A DNA stretch of 64,000 bases from an uncultured Planctomycetia bacterium (lineage in GTDB: Bacteria > Omnitrophota > Gorgyraeia > Tantalellales > Tantalellaceae): the NCBI GenBank assembly GCA_964572255.1, contig CAZNEE010000003.1, positions 118,539-182,538 of the forward strand. The letters run 5' to 3'. A program made the translations under genes and the position numbers. A model generated the notes under the pieces. The model did not search any database. It was not told where the DNA came from and saw only the letters and a list, made by a program, of their open reading frames with translations. Of the stretch, positions 28,801 through 35,140 are shown piece after piece. Numbering within the stretch: the first letter of the stretch is position 1; every line of letters starts with the position of its first letter.

Positions 28801-31800
28801 CATTGGGAAGGAACACTATAGGAACATCCCCCTGATCGGTTATGCCTCTTGTTATATGGCTGAAGATAGCGGCTTGCCCCTCTTCTATATGGGCTTTATA
28901 TTTCACTCCGGCCGTAAACCCGTTCGGATAGAACGTGAAGAACATGCCCCTTGTTCCCTTGGTATCACCGACGTATAAAGTAAGCCCTCCTGGGAGCAAG
29001 GAATCCAGCTGCGCGTCTGGTAGAAGTTTGGATTTCAAAACCATCTGTTTCAGGTCAAAATCTTTATTGCTGTAAGGTATCGGGTTTTCTTTTGAGCCGA
29101 GCACCATAGCCCTTCCGCTCGGACCGGCAAGCCTCAAAGACCTCATTATGTCATTAAAACGGAATTCTTCCCTTAGCTCGCTTCTGATATTTATAAGCTC
29201 ATGTATGATGGGGACCATGTCCCCCATCTCTGATTCGAAAAGAGGCAGGACCTTTGTATTCAACTGCTCGAGAACCGTTTCCTTTACGAATCTATCGACC
29301 TCTCTCTGCATGCGCATGAGGACTGTTACGGATTCTTCGGCATTTGCGAGGATCTCCCTGTCCGCTATCCTTGCTGTTCTCACGCCGCGGACTAGCGCTC
29401 TGTAAGCATCCAGGAACTTTCCTTCATCCGCCGCGGCTTTATACTTATCCATGTCATCCTGCGCCATGCCGAGAGCCATAAGTTCACCGGCAGCCTGGTC
29501 CATGGCTTCGGCAAGCATCTGATGCGCTTTGAGATGATCTCCGTTATCCATGTACGCTATACCGCGCTGGTACGAATACGCTGACATGTGATCAAAAGTG
29601 CGGATATTCGCGGGGAAAAAATTCTGTCCGCCTATTTTTTCCTCTTCTCCGGCCGCTCTCTTGTGGACCCAGATCACCTCCGGTTTTCTGACTATATAAA
29701 TATTGTTCGTCTCATTATCCCTGATCGCCTTGATCTTGCCTTCTTCTATCATCTTAACAACATCATCGCCGGTTATAAGTTTCCCTTCCGCATCTACGAG
29801 CTCTCCCGCTTCGTTCAGTTTGACCGCTTCAACTCCTCTTGAAAAAAGCCGGGGCACATTACTGTAAAGCTGCCATCTTACTTTACCTTTTTCGGTCTTA
29901 ACGGTAAGATCGAACATGTCCTCGGCTTTCGGGACAATAATGAGCCTGTTGCCCGACTCAAGGTACATCAGCGGCGTAAGGACTACATCCCCGGGGACTT
30001 CGGAGCTTTCCAGTCCTCCGACAAAGGCCTGGTGTATGCGCTCTGAAGGCATGTACCCGTGCCAAAGTTCTTCCTCGGTTACAGGCTCAAGTGTTACCGG
30101 AGGTCCTTCTTTTGCCGGTCTTATTTTGATCCTTCCCCCAAAAGCTTCCTCTAAACGCTCCGCTTCCTCAAGCTTAGCTTCGACATCTTCGGTCTCCGCG
30201 GCTTTCTCCTCCTCTTCGCCTTTAATGGCTACCTGCACACCCATGGTCGAGGGCTTGATGTTATGAACGTATGCATTCGGAGCGGTACAGCCGATCGACC
30301 CCATCGTAATAGCGGCTAAAATGGCAAAGATCGCAAAACCTCTCATGATGCCGCGCATGTTCGGCGTGAATAATCTTTCCCTCAGCTCGATTTTAAGCTC
30401 GGGGAATTCGCCTGCGAAAAGTCCGATCAATCTGTCCTCGAGACCTCTGAGCACTTCCTCCGTCTCGCGGGCTTTGGCGTCGATCCTCCTATATTCATCG
30501 GGCATTTTTTTATAACCGAGGTATTCTTTCTGAAACTCCATGAAGGTGAGATCAATCAGGTTTTCCGTCATCAAGCCCGAAATAACAGCAACTTCGTCCG
30601 CGATTCTTTCGAATCTCTCTATGTTATCGATATATATGCGCTCACCCCTTCTTTCCGGGTCGGGCGAGCTCAAAAAAGCGTTCACGATAAAGTCCAGCAT
30701 TATATCGTCCGACAGATATCCCTCCATGCGCGCTTTGATCTCCTGCTCCCTTTCAGCTATACCGTCAGCGCCTGGTATGAAAAGCCTGTCAAAAGCAGCT
30801 TCCAGCTGGATCTTTATTTGTTCGATATCTTTCGGAAGGGGCGGAGCTTTTTCCCTGGCTATTATTACTTCGAGAGCGAAATCCAGAATATCCAGCTTCT
30901 TCCCGATAAGTAATTCCAGATTATCCACCCTGTAATCCCTGGCTATCCAATACGCCAGGTTCCCCTGCACCAGATCGACCAATTTTTCTGTCTTCTCCTT
31001 TAAGGTGGGCTCTTTCGCTTCGCTTCTCGCCAGCTCCAGCCATTCGTCATACATCTCTATCACGGAAAAATAAAAATGCTCCTGCGAAGTGATATTCCCG
31101 CGGATCTTCCTGTTCAGCCCCGCCGCCTCTACCTGGGCGATCTCGAGTTCGTCGCGCGCCATCTGCACCCTTACGTCATCTTCCCTCCCCGCGGCTTCGA
31201 GGGCTTTGATCACCCTGTTTTCCGCCTCCACAACTCTTCTATTGGCTTCAACGCGCTCGTCCATCAGGGGATCCATTTTGGCAACAGCGATGCGCCACCT
31301 CTCGCTTGCCACTTCAAGCGGCGCCGTGACTCCGGGCTCCACTTCTTCGGCAAGTTCCGCGACCTCTACTTCCTCCTCGGTGAGCTCAGCGATCTCTATC
31401 CCTTCTTCCTCTTCAATGGGCTCGGCTACCTCCACTTCCTCTTCGGCGATTTCCTCGATCTCTTTTTCTTCGGCAATTTCAGCGACTTCGGCGGCTTTGA
31501 TCTCATCGAGTCTCGATCTGGCCATCTTTATAGCCCCCGCCGTCTGGGTTGCCAGATCTATATGAAGATTTCTCTTCATTCTTGCCTGTACTAATTTCGC
31601 GTCTACATCAGCTCGCATCTTGAAAGTTTCCGCTCTGGCTAAAAGTTCGGCGGCTTCATTTACCGCATCCTCATTTATTACTTCCGGAGTGAGTTTTTCT
31701 CTGGCGGAACGCGCCAGACTGATGGCTTCGTTATAAAGTTCTGTCGCCTGGTCGGCCAGTCCCCTGGGATATCTGGCTTCAATCACTCTTTCCGCGGCTT

Positions 31801-34800
31801 CTTCTTCTATTTCCGCCCTTCTTTCCATTGCCAATTCTCTTTCAATAGCTTCTCTTTCTCTTGTAGCGTAATCTGTCACTCTGTCCTCGGAGCTCCTTAG
31901 AAGTTCCGTAAAAAGCTCATCGCTTAGTTCGAAATTCCTGACCGTTACGGGAATGAGCAGCTCACGGGGATATTCCCGTCCGGGAAAAGCCATTTCAAAC
32001 TCTTCGGCGCTCACTCTGTTAAATTCTATTATGGCGTCCCTTTTCTCTATCATCTTATCCAGCTGCGCGACGCTTTTTGCGAGCAGGGACCTTCCCTCAC
32101 CCTCATAAATATTGGGTCCAATATCCCAGATCCTCTTCACTCTTTCCTTAAGGTCATCAACGGATATTGCGTCCGATGCCAGGATCCTCTTGATGTATGC
32201 CGGTGCCTCATCGCCGGTTTCGATGCCCAGGTTTTCCAAGACCTGTTCTTTTGTCGCGGCCAGCTCGATCCGCTCTTCCGGGCTCAAGGGTATAACAGCT
32301 TTTTTGCCGGCCTCCTCCAGGATATCAAGAACTCCGGATTCTATATCCTCTTTTATCTCGGTGTACCTTTCTTCCGACATTGTTAAGTTCTGTAGGTTTT
32401 CCATCAGGACCAAGCCAAGCGGATATTCTCTCCCGGGAAGAGCTCCGAGGAATAAATTCTGCATCTTTGAATTGAACGCGGTCATGTCTTCTCTTCTCTC
32501 GGCTATCAAGTCAAGTTGTTCCGCGCTTCTGGCCAAAAGCGACCTTCCCTCTGCTTTTTCGTATATCTTAAAACCAAGATCGGATATCTTATCAACGCGC
32601 GCCTTTAGATCATCAACTGTCACCCCGCTGTCAGCGATTATCGCCGTTACATACTGCGCGGCGCCTTCTCCTGTTTCAATGCCGAGCGCCTGAAAAACAG
32701 CTTCCTTGCTTTCCGCGCTCTGGACAAGCCCCCATGACGCAGGCCTCAATACATCCGCGGGAGATATCATCCTTTCCCGTCTTGCGAGGACTATATCCCT
32801 CTGCCCTCTCGAAGCCGAATGAAATTCTCCCATTCTGTCCATCGCGAAAATCCTTAGTTCATCCCCTACCTTATCGACAATAGCGACTTCATTTCCTATC
32901 GGGTATATTTCGACCCTGTCCCTCCAGAAAGCTTCAAAATCATCGGGATGGATCTTGCCTTTCATCTCTTCGGGGCCTCTTTCCTCAAGAAGAGCGAAAT
33001 ATCTTTCCCTATACGAGGCGGCCCAATCCCTTAAGGCCTCGTATGCCTCCTTGGTAGTCATGTCATTCTCTAAAACAGCTCTTCCCATCGCATAAAAAAG
33101 AATGGCCTTAATGGTCTCGAGCTTGTTCTCCTTATCCTGGAAATACGCCTCTATCGCCAACTGGTACCTCCCGGTCTCAAGGAGCTCTTCGTAAGGTTTT
33201 TTCTTGTTGGTAAGAATCGCTACGTAGGGCCTTTCCTTGCCCGCTTCGAACTTGGGCACGATAACAAGATACGAAAGCCCTTTGTCGCGTATAAGCTTGT
33301 TGAGGCCTTCCGTGTGGTAACCCCCGGTTATGAGCGCTGCCACGTGTTTGCCTTCGGTTCTCATTCGCTTGATAGTGTTCTCCAGTATCGCGCTGTTTCT
33401 GGCCTCGGCGTCGTAATAAAACTTCATGGCTTTATTGCGTCCGCCGACTATCCTCGCCAGGTCGTACCCTCCCATTATCGGGACGCCGTACTTCATGCAT
33501 TTTGAGCTTATGAACCCGGCGAGAAATTGCGGCCTAATATCCCCATATTCTTCTTTAAGAGCCTCAAATTCTTCATTCGTAAGTTCCATGCTGTATAAGT
33601 TCTTCAAAAGGTGCGCGAACCGGATCATATCGAACATCTCCCGTTCATCGTTATTGCGGTAGAGTTTTTCTCTTATTTCACCTTCAAACTCTTCCACCTC
33701 TCGATGCAGTTCGATAAGCTGGACCGATTCGTAAATATTTATATAACGGGTGAAATTTATAAGGTTTGAATATCCCGCCGACGGTATGCCGTATTCTTCG
33801 GCCAGATCTATCAAGTAAGAATGGAACTCACCCTGCGAGATCTTGTTCTCCCTGAAATCGAGCGACTTGATCACGAGTTCTTCAAGCTCATCTTTTCCCA
33901 TCTCCTTGCTCAAAGCATCCATGAGCTTGCGCCGCTCGTAATTGGCTCTTGCGAAATTTATATCTTTCTCCAGTTCTATCGCCGTTAAAAGCTTTGATAA
34001 TTCCCTGTACCGGGAAGTATCCAGGTTATGTATATTCGCGAGTTCTTCCGCAAAATGCCAATGGTCTACAAAACTCAGCCTGCCTTCTTTATGCAGTCTC
34101 GAGTTCTTGTTGAATTTCCTTAAATTTTCGGAAGATATCTTTTCATCGAGAAGCGCCAGCTGATCTATCAGCTGCTCTATGCCTTCAACCTGGTAAGCTC
34201 TTTCTTTCGCTACTTTCTGGAAACTTTCCAGGTTTTTCTGATACAAGGACTCATCCTCAATACCGTAAAGAAGGACATCCGCCTCATCATGGGTGACCGT
34301 AAAAAACTCACCCGCGCTTAATTTTCCCTCCTTCATGAGGAACTCGGCGGCTTCATCCCGCACTTTCTTATCGGGGAATGTCCGCAGTATCGATGTATCA
34401 ACAAAACCTCTTGAACCTTCGATCGCTATAAGGTCCAGATCATATTTACTGACGAGAGTATCCAATAGATCGGCTATAGAATATTGGGCTGATAAGGAAG
34501 CATGAGCGTCCTGTATCTGGATGATGAGGTCCTTATCCTTGACAACCCCGGTTTCCTGTACTTCGGCAATGTCATAAGGAACTTTTATTCCCCGGGGAGT
34601 CACCCCTTCCGCCTCAGGCAGGACATCGGCTGCTTTTCCATGAGACCAAACGGGGCTTCCATCCTGAGTCCAGCCTATTTGCTGATGCAGGAAGAAAATA
34701 ATGACAAGAACACTTACGCATTTAATAAAAAAAACATGGCGTCTTCTCCAATCTGCCATGCCTGATGTATATATACTATCACTATCCTTTTCAATATTAT

Positions 34801-34858
34801 TAGAAAAGGCTATAGAAAGAAAATAACTCAAGTTGGTCTTTGAATTAAACCACTTCAT
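13817..34858 (-). CDS. Gene B: 7,013-aa giant multidomain membrane protein with TIKI-like N-domain and GT2 glycosyltransferase
   Basis: Complete ORF in the track, with SD-like GGAAGGTGAGGG directly before ATG 34858 and a tandem TAA TAA stop. An alternative start at 34759 (MADWRRR...) aligns with the gene C start. Confidence 0.95.
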   Translation of the reverse strand: MKWFNSKTNLSYFLSIAFSNNIEKDSDSIYTSGMADWRRRHVFFIKCVSVLVIIFFLHQQIGWTQDGSPVWSHGKAADVLPEAEGVTPRGIKVPYDIAEVQETGVVKDKDLIIQIQDAHASLSAQYSIADLLDTLVSKYDLDLIAIEGSRGFVDTSILRTFPDKKVRDEAAEFLMKEGKLSAGEFFTVTHDEADVLLYGIEDESLYQKNLESFQKVAKERAYQVEGIEQLIDQLALLDEKISSENLRKFNKNSRLHKEGRLSFVDHWHFAEELANIHNLDTSRYRELSKLLTAIELEKDINFARANYERRKLMDALSKEMGKDELEELVIKSLDFRENKISQGEFHSYLIDLAEEYGIPSAGYSNLINFTRYINIYESVQLIELHREVEEFEGEIREKLYRNNDEREMFDMIRFAHLLKNLYSMELTNEEFEALKEEYGDIRPQFLAGFISSKCMKYGVPIMGGYDLARIVGGRNKAMKFYYDAEARNSAILENTIKRMRTEGKHVAALITGGYHTEGLNKLIRDKGLSYLVIVPKFEAGKERPYVAILTNKKKPYEELLETGRYQLAIEAYFQDKENKLETIKAILFYAMGRAVLENDMTTKEAYEALRDWAASYRERYFALLEERGPEEMKGKIHPDDFEAFWRDRVEIYPIGNEVAIVDKVGDELRIFAMDRMGEFHSASRGQRDIVLARRERMISPADVLRPASWGLVQSAESKEAVFQALGIETGEGAAQYVTAIIADSGVTVDDLKARVDKISDLGFKIYEKAEGRSLLARSAEQLDLIAERREDMTAFNSKMQNLFLGALPGREYPLGLVLMENLQNLTMSEERYTEIKEDIESGVLDILEEAGKKAVIPLSPEERIELAATKEQVLENLGIETGDEAPAYIKRILASDAISVDDLKERVKRIWDIGPNIYEGEGRSLLAKSVAQLDKMIEKRDAIIEFNRVSAEEFEMAFPGREYPRELLIPVTVRNFELSDELFTELLRSSEDRVTDYATREREAIERELAMERRAEIEEEAAERVIEARYPRGLADQATELYNEAISLARSAREKLTPEVINEDAVNEAAELLARAETFKMRADVDAKLVQARMKRNLHIDLATQTAGAIKMARSRLDEIKAAEVAEIAEEKEIEEIAEEEVEVAEPIEEEEGIEIAELTEEEVEVAELAEEVEPGVTAPLEVASERWRIAVAKMDPLMDERVEANRRVVEAENRVIKALEAAGREDDVRVQMARDELEIAQVEAAGLNRKIRGNITSQEHFYFSVIEMYDEWLELARSEAKEPTLKEKTEKLVDLVQGNLAYWIARDYRVDNLELLIGKKLDILDFALEVIIAREKAPPLPKDIEQIKIQLEAAFDRLFIPGADGIAEREQEIKARMEGYLSDDIMLDFIVNAFLSSPDPERRGERIYIDNIERFERIADEVAVISGLMTENLIDLTFMEFQKEYLGYKKMPDEYRRIDAKARETEEVLRGLEDRLIGLFAGEFPELKIELRERLFTPNMRGIMRGFAIFAILAAITMGSIGCTAPNAYVHNIKPSTMGVQVAIKGEEEEKAAETEDVEAKLEEAERLEEAFGGRIKIRPAKEGPPVTLEPVTEEELWHGYMPSERIHQAFVGGLESSEVPGDVVLTPLMYLESGNRLIIVPKAEDMFDLTVKTEKGKVRWQLYSNVPRLFSRGVEAVKLNEAGELVDAEGKLITGDDVVKMIEEGKIKAIRDNETNNIYIVRKPEVIWVHKRAAGEEEKIGGQNFFPANIRTFDHMSAYSYQRGIAYMDNGDHLKAHQMLAEAMDQAAGELMALGMAQDDMDKYKAAADEGKFLDAYRALVRGVRTARIADREILANAEESVTVLMRMQREVDRFVKETVLEQLNTKVLPLFESEMGDMVPIIHELINIRSELREEFRFNDIMRSLRLAGPSGRAMVLGSKENPIPYSNKDFDLKQMVLKSKLLPDAQLDSLLPGGLTLYVGDTKGTRGMFFTFYPNGFTAGVKYKAHIEEGQAAIFSHITRGITDQGDVPIVFLPNEPDSEDFWDGVRIVAKHILFMVPSPVGIVGAGASLVDSAYEGGPIQDDVNEAVKDLPGGDEYRDRNLKVFQPGEETFTTYYEGTPLEQKISDRLIRQIDAHSSPVEGLEGRPLKELGEAEREMMIQSMAISIIGHPLGEKFRQLERVNAMVEEGATIEDVIHELFRSKDWENASDKKFRRDGKPADYLLNRTIWNIFRQRTGINRSAKSRDGRDNLVFIPVYTTPKEDAPYYIGATIEEHYSESGKLFETKIQDNKGTIIKRSTLPDGRVQEVRITAEHTEDDVKAKRFKYKKVILIDGNPTGSMSSIEVQYGLPEELVRTIERIYDVNMATNETRLTKTYITMEDSEGEIIKTYTIEPDFRAQEIEETPGMIDERGNIVIANQFKGRIAVNFPGRIEAESIESGAVELTQTDVELTGGAVNVLSTINIEKAANAEGYLIPEGSVANIEKSPDGRRIVKVTFLGPARPGIRRPFITSFESSFLGELDFNEKTLQLKGYRTVREFMEDVAVEGKAQLAVGERTMINGSRLRGIRTFTIDDAGRKVPKEMEFMVLNPDNTRNITYVNPEGSSRVYIMEGDQFEKQQVAIIGEGDNVIEVIAQGDVSFKGKLLMRQVPIPATGVVKGVETAEGLEDVELPSVSYPDLDVVDGTVAVYTYAEDGRTVKSVGIYSPLDRKEGRPRYPIMTISNPDGFAEGEGMDLDDPRNIKISGYTELAISRGHEITDDGTVVDILEFFDGTGALDKTVYDTDNPERGRVVYTETAPDRVYVEHEKTGLREVWHGTIEKGELVATVGIEGDLAYVDYVDDAEALRRAGEDPDLAGQTIIAMADDLDHLVRQVTGVTINPDGTVDKEEIKITATFEGEEETDTETGAKRFVVNAKNLAEADEAGNIRYVYDNVILPGKNIGRVSLVVREDGSTQEIEYEGNTSNVSKMTSFDKDDNIQEEILLPEPTDLRAERMKYQKIVYENGEPTDVTSTVNIQRGLIDKKGEVITRIIENVYDNATGNHINTYVTVQDSTGRVVKVYSVAPGLGEESVEEIAARTDERGRIIEPLRFRGKISVTYGDELGAASVDVGTLMLSAEDTLLTAEAVNILYTLDIPEDIEVEGYSIPAGSIAVVEKSPDAKRIVKVSYEAPAKPGIQRDLLVSFESPFLGELDFDEVELSVTGYERVRESTESVSIEGTAEMPVGERPVPEGSRLVGVRSFVIVEGEKVLEETEFIVFNPDGARNLTYINPEGTNLVYIFEGNKTEEQQVGVVAEGEDIIEVVRGGDILFKGRLYKDHKPLDVPGSVKGIRIGDALEELELPFTEFREQNILDRPGISYTYAEDGKTITEIGIYSPLKRTVREPRHLLVSITNPEGFAEGEGVSISEANDITFSGYTELTISRGHESLETGGTLDILEVYDARGALTKTVYDMNDPVIGRIFYTVDEADPNRVYVQHEATDMREVWFGKFEDRVVKGEIIARIGIEGNSAYLQYVDDAELLEKVGEDPDLAGQTIMTPADNFNRIEQQVAGVVINPDGTVDTSQKNVIAAFEGEEITDPLTGRKIFLVTAKDLTEPTETGDIRYEYEDRPFPGRKIGRLITITRADGSLERTQYYGYTARVKERVLSDEEGKEIYTRRFGYGQINGQPRVFETNTLIDEVAPAGYWITYETEAEISGIREDVQVDPDSGDVKPQDIGARIPFEDFMGGALRDLMFGEDAEVPSMTKDEFSTVLGWKKNLSEYSVRARNRILREAAGLKDIAIERYIEMYSSPKRPITPDDINLTTAEGREVLGTLIYWSGGHGIEDFDNVSFRNDFNDIAGRGSVKKYLKTVPGSERWTDTERFYRFTKFVGDLTGKKLRLGYSDEEVEGEIKAQIRIARGERIEKVVSQMEKNIQGSRLVRFLVTGGKITGAFFILFLGIAILLAKLRPAKKEEAEAPDQIEEAELAEREEPQVLISREVPQALVSEDLLGRHEEINRQISGLRDEGKFTQITPEEKEAITGALENYRDIEALSDGRLLEMLNTFDVFIYEVPQDVFITGQTTHIGISTKSIHITRNEFERLRRLGLESGIENGEDLFLAARFAHELYEVDGLNNYYVENTTGVWPNTRDWIKYTLRRRAGPEGVMEYEFSEEARNLIEHALMLHRGALKLESDILPEDYPDKSLIDEQIRLADSNISALQETPGLLPVLTDINIAADLINTAPLRYDFNAAEDRIEGIVDRITDTFWQAHGALEPIYYDRVGKKVKPAALMNWTSIPAFLAGIGFLSINMRNALETGLATGYGWSVWAAGAILLLYGIFTASRLIRDIVRSKKDKLARQAEAMDILQPELNEIISELEKLIDEGADGFTGEEWKKMLTFTTQPRYAAPADIIARETMEINLYDYMRYTREWIEFLRKNNTGDYILYSRFHTPKGDVQRNLPTFYLKGKEFTTIYRDNEYNKFTEVLPGAQRPVPEDVPYNGPREYHSRFGFTPVHQVPLTNLPTFAARLRERIESIDSLYREGKPLDFAVERDAGSREWRVKQVVRQAKGYGGVGPARSSTARGVERHGFRLKGAFVSLILFGLLSYFLRIMLTRVISIPETPDLNAVISVLTTITAAMMGYMVTVMIEKVVLFANSFRKRAKNEGVIDRDIARFVSARVSFEALSEILGEEEFIRRQNESVERLTQKGVFTGYDPEDPEVVSLVSQDMIESISNEYSGLKGWMRSWGKVEPSKWPLNRLRLEYPILEVITIANREDRQGLIDIIKSDERLAANYTPEEFDDMEAAVRYTHEDVMANLSLDDVRYMISTYGEELLPKYVIMDTTFGKGAGANFVRMVESAREVYERPIDIFPVMDDDDYLRVNISRRNLLSVLRGLVERGFIAFDEARIDAFRADETIDVGKILDEVKAYGEARGMEEDQAVMLLEEYEKDEKRRDKKYELTTGIQGGLDEIRYVLGGENIKLISPARKYILDLMAERGEVPPEGTLSDYRGNVNIVPVSDFGINYLKFQRKPRMKPPMNAEAVKAIQLFYAERGEPDPDYLELADEEDRFTRLLFRAKTAVWAMRERTVNEQISGIVNEEDEDRWLISYEPQRKELETEYTKAVNSLKEQLETDDAGIIDLLDRDQDEMRDYIARQAGQSDEDLARNRVIYMTWAFLKTYPPEIVGGQILPSEEFINSEFRLRNVPAVIQTELRLVPLYSPKWSILSYLDYLFWHATVQVGQTVAGFLFLGGTGNGFLWETLAYTKPVVDETGKVLEEVPLSVRANLQELLRPLREAIQSEETKREESIGSMSMARRFFRRLGLMISPDKEIKTPSAALREHLTQYQVSGAWDAMNQIEDAELGSRLALYRLKATRLVGSFTQVLEDLLPALGPGWLKQRIRWITLQAFWSIVSFGPAFWMFFGQHIGLGSVWSLIGSRNLMLAFGGFGSIIGIGLSIAGFLIFGVLFYKFGKALYTLRTRAGLERNEQWQVDPIKTMGWRKFQHMAYLSSTTFAGTLTAIMLGVPVIYFLATLAAESTFLPGAGPAGILISVLGHATREFLNVLFGYFPTTMVGGIFFLTPPVTLTLMVIITAATRAIMDEEATAEALRKRIEDKQFRKLKGIGDVHVADYAEPEEIIALLSPYEAELADVRSRIRELLEADTEPDEIVDQIREKSYAFGAYRELRLSLLNPERRDIERFQRALGEILEEVESIRRDALGAIHISPGVGVVGVLSFLTTGILYIGGWMPHWVLITGLVFSGILMALKGVDLLVRYVGKRQYAFIVGRRPKHALKFGALSPAMIHYWNNIAPASIQDIQRSFVPRYAGEFFWTRGRAAIVKFALGEIRTLKKRIQQLWLWTKYQGVILGLLFILPFMSIIGLSVLSNVQAARAEKARALVLEPTIRNYIEGNINLTPKQKEDLFKDEREGVKDLRGTMMVQLVDEYEKSVREDRITEAQRSFELLVLYTEFLRQRYQREGERWDFEYFTDHLQQMFARLGMLDEYYKLFGIDPDDVIKIDEENSSIRVSRKPGGTDYEINEDGTITFDVDLVQGENLAELEFELKEPVDMRGREFVFEFFIPEAYRENLAGHTIMIVAYDDENRPQTIIEMPGYSGGEESKFEIVEGELLEKLNTLRIKPEKPIGSAFNPARAKRFVIRVNRNFIKATSGQVRIGVPRIVPRASLAEEIIAPPVVVPPVVKPPVKPLFGIAPVFLFGLTQGEGFSPPGFLSNSAGNINSFYILLTLAIFVGIIYGGMFLFGRGRPKEPEEPELPQEAEPAPVYQVAEDGTITERYEDTREIKRIIEPDGKISEYAKDGRRILFCNPQEGKYFTYRVKKAIGKKDLYIIIEYEGVYQVETGQEELAGISEDQKRQEWVYVLTDIYDHTASLQEPVITDWVLDQVVVYDAEGKEEVEYRYVTQDDKLELNRRRAAAGMEIVDFPGNILESVFFAKDNVKFHFRKSEREYFGDPLRGKPFRIEYIGRNESDYVAYHTDDPRDMTIRNVARRTDDEKSLEISASLGESIIEGQIRPLLARVIPAIPPEVPPAPRGISGRGNIVMLMTVFGIGFLLASTAIIFNAYYPLNIAIQSFIARALPFISPTEMGATVIASSLIILAYQVITMIGEIFQGKAAPKPDIVVGILKGTVDEVVIERIERSDPSIRVVEVMPGKTETMIEELSKAAKDEGIDAVVLIDTPIAGYNRKEATELIIGTANKLRADVFTSKSMKKLDKINREILRLQQVRSMIRRTQEEKDEIDAKIKTLTGQKEELILSMNVGAIRGLVPSMSGLELRDLVHQLSIGGIEIIKSMELSEQSIYRLTIDIRHKDIYARIRTTDRTKAYAATGLVEGEPRYISEIARNVGEMRLIADTIRSMGLDKEKASRFIQVRVLDPNITEKNLDMMLEETGLVDVLDRGNIRLITQEDLTLERTLELARSTFPELDIVENPDALAIGDIANLVKTDADERIIQADRAPTFVQMVGEGVVSQRLVAILEIIANKGVISESLGEVNPKEGYKNWLIFEPIKPINFENLMEEMKRYEEVIIRL
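16430..16830 (-). other. Carbohydrate-binding-module-like beta-sandwich (CBM11/CIA30-like) in gene B
   Basis: VDLVQGENLAELEFELKEPVDMRGREFVFEFFIPE...IMIVAYDDENR...FNPARAKRFVIRV...SGQVRIG shows the P.D+.G...F.F.IP...F+P..I....+ pattern of galactose-binding-like CBMs. It lies after the GT2 membrane block. Confidence 0.4.
17280..19900 (-). other. Processive-type family 2 glycosyltransferase domain with following multi-TM block in gene B
   Basis: KPRMKP, DEED (19757-19768), VIQTEL, FLGGTGNGF, GAWDAMNQIEDAELGSRL (IED 18881-18889) and KQRIRW (QRIRW 18752-18766), followed by several hydrophobic helices. Confidence 0.85.
24005..27940 (-). repeat. Tandem duplication of a ~650-aa beta-rich unit in gene B
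   Basis: Copy 1 is ~27940-26035 and copy 2 ~25930-24005. Shared blocks include KSPDGRRIVKV/KSPDAKRIVKV, SFESSFLGELDF/SFESPFLGELDF, YTYAEDG, SGYTELAISRGHE/SGYTELTISRGHE and GEDPDLAGQTI. Confidence 0.9.
30287..30358 (-). other. Internal lipoprotein-signal-like segment (residues ~1501-1524 of gene B)
   Basis: MRGIMRGFAIFAILAAITMGSIGC: basic start, hydrophobic core and a lipobox-like S-I-G-C end. Confidence 0.45.
31960..32720 (-). repeat. Two-copy ~150-aa helical repeat in gene B
   Basis: LGIETGEGAAQYV...VDDLKARV...IYEKAEGRSLLARS...PGREYP versus LGIETGDEAPAYI...VDDLKERV...IYEGEGRSLLAKS...PGREYP. Confidence 0.9.
33140..34540 (-). other. EreA/ChaN/TraB-GumN/TIKI-like domain at the N-terminus of gene B
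   Basis: IQDAH (QDAH 34502-34513), IAIEG, EARN and ITGGYH (GGYH 33314-33325). Confidence 0.6.
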
Positions 34859-34874
34859 CCCTCACCTTCCTGCA
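34859..34874 (-). promoter_or_regulatory. Ribosome-binding site of gene B
   Basis: The minus strand reads TGCAGGAAGGTGAGGG-ATG. Confidence 0.65.
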
Positions 34875-34928
34875 CCATTAAAATAGGATAAAATTATATC
34901 TAACTTTACTTTATTTTACCCTACTTTA

Positions 34929-34956
34929 AGTATAGCACATAAAGAGCTGCTGTCAA
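34929..34956 (-). promoter_or_regulatory. sigma70-type promoter for gene B
   Basis: The minus strand reads TTGACA (34956-34951)-N16-TATACT (34934-34929), with a TGTGC extended -10, about 70 nt upstream of the ATG. Confidence 0.8.
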
Positions 34957-35101
34957 GAGAACTAGCAAACTTTTTAAAGATTTTTATTAAGTGGTGAAAG
35001 CTTACTTTTCCCTCTTAACTTAAAAATATAAAATATTATAAATAAAAGACTTACAGGTGGAATCGAAAACGGTAAGATGTTATTTTTTAAAAAGATCAAA
35101 T

Positions 35102-35137
35102 AAAAAACAGGCTACTCTCTCGAGCAGCCTGTTTTTT
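35102..35137 (-). terminator. Intrinsic (possibly bidirectional) terminator of gene A
   Basis: The minus strand reads AAAAAACAGGCTGCTC-GAGA-GAGTAGCCTGTTTTTT: a long stem with one G.U pair, a GNRA loop and a T6 tail. A/T tracts are present on both sides. Confidence 0.85.
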
Positions 35138-35140
35138 GCT

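Noticed and set aside
13739-34874. The 11-bp inverted repeat flanking gene B as transposon or invertible-element ends
   Set aside because: No transposase or recombinase is encoded in the window, I saw no target-site duplication, and the repeat coincides with an RBS and a hairpin loop.
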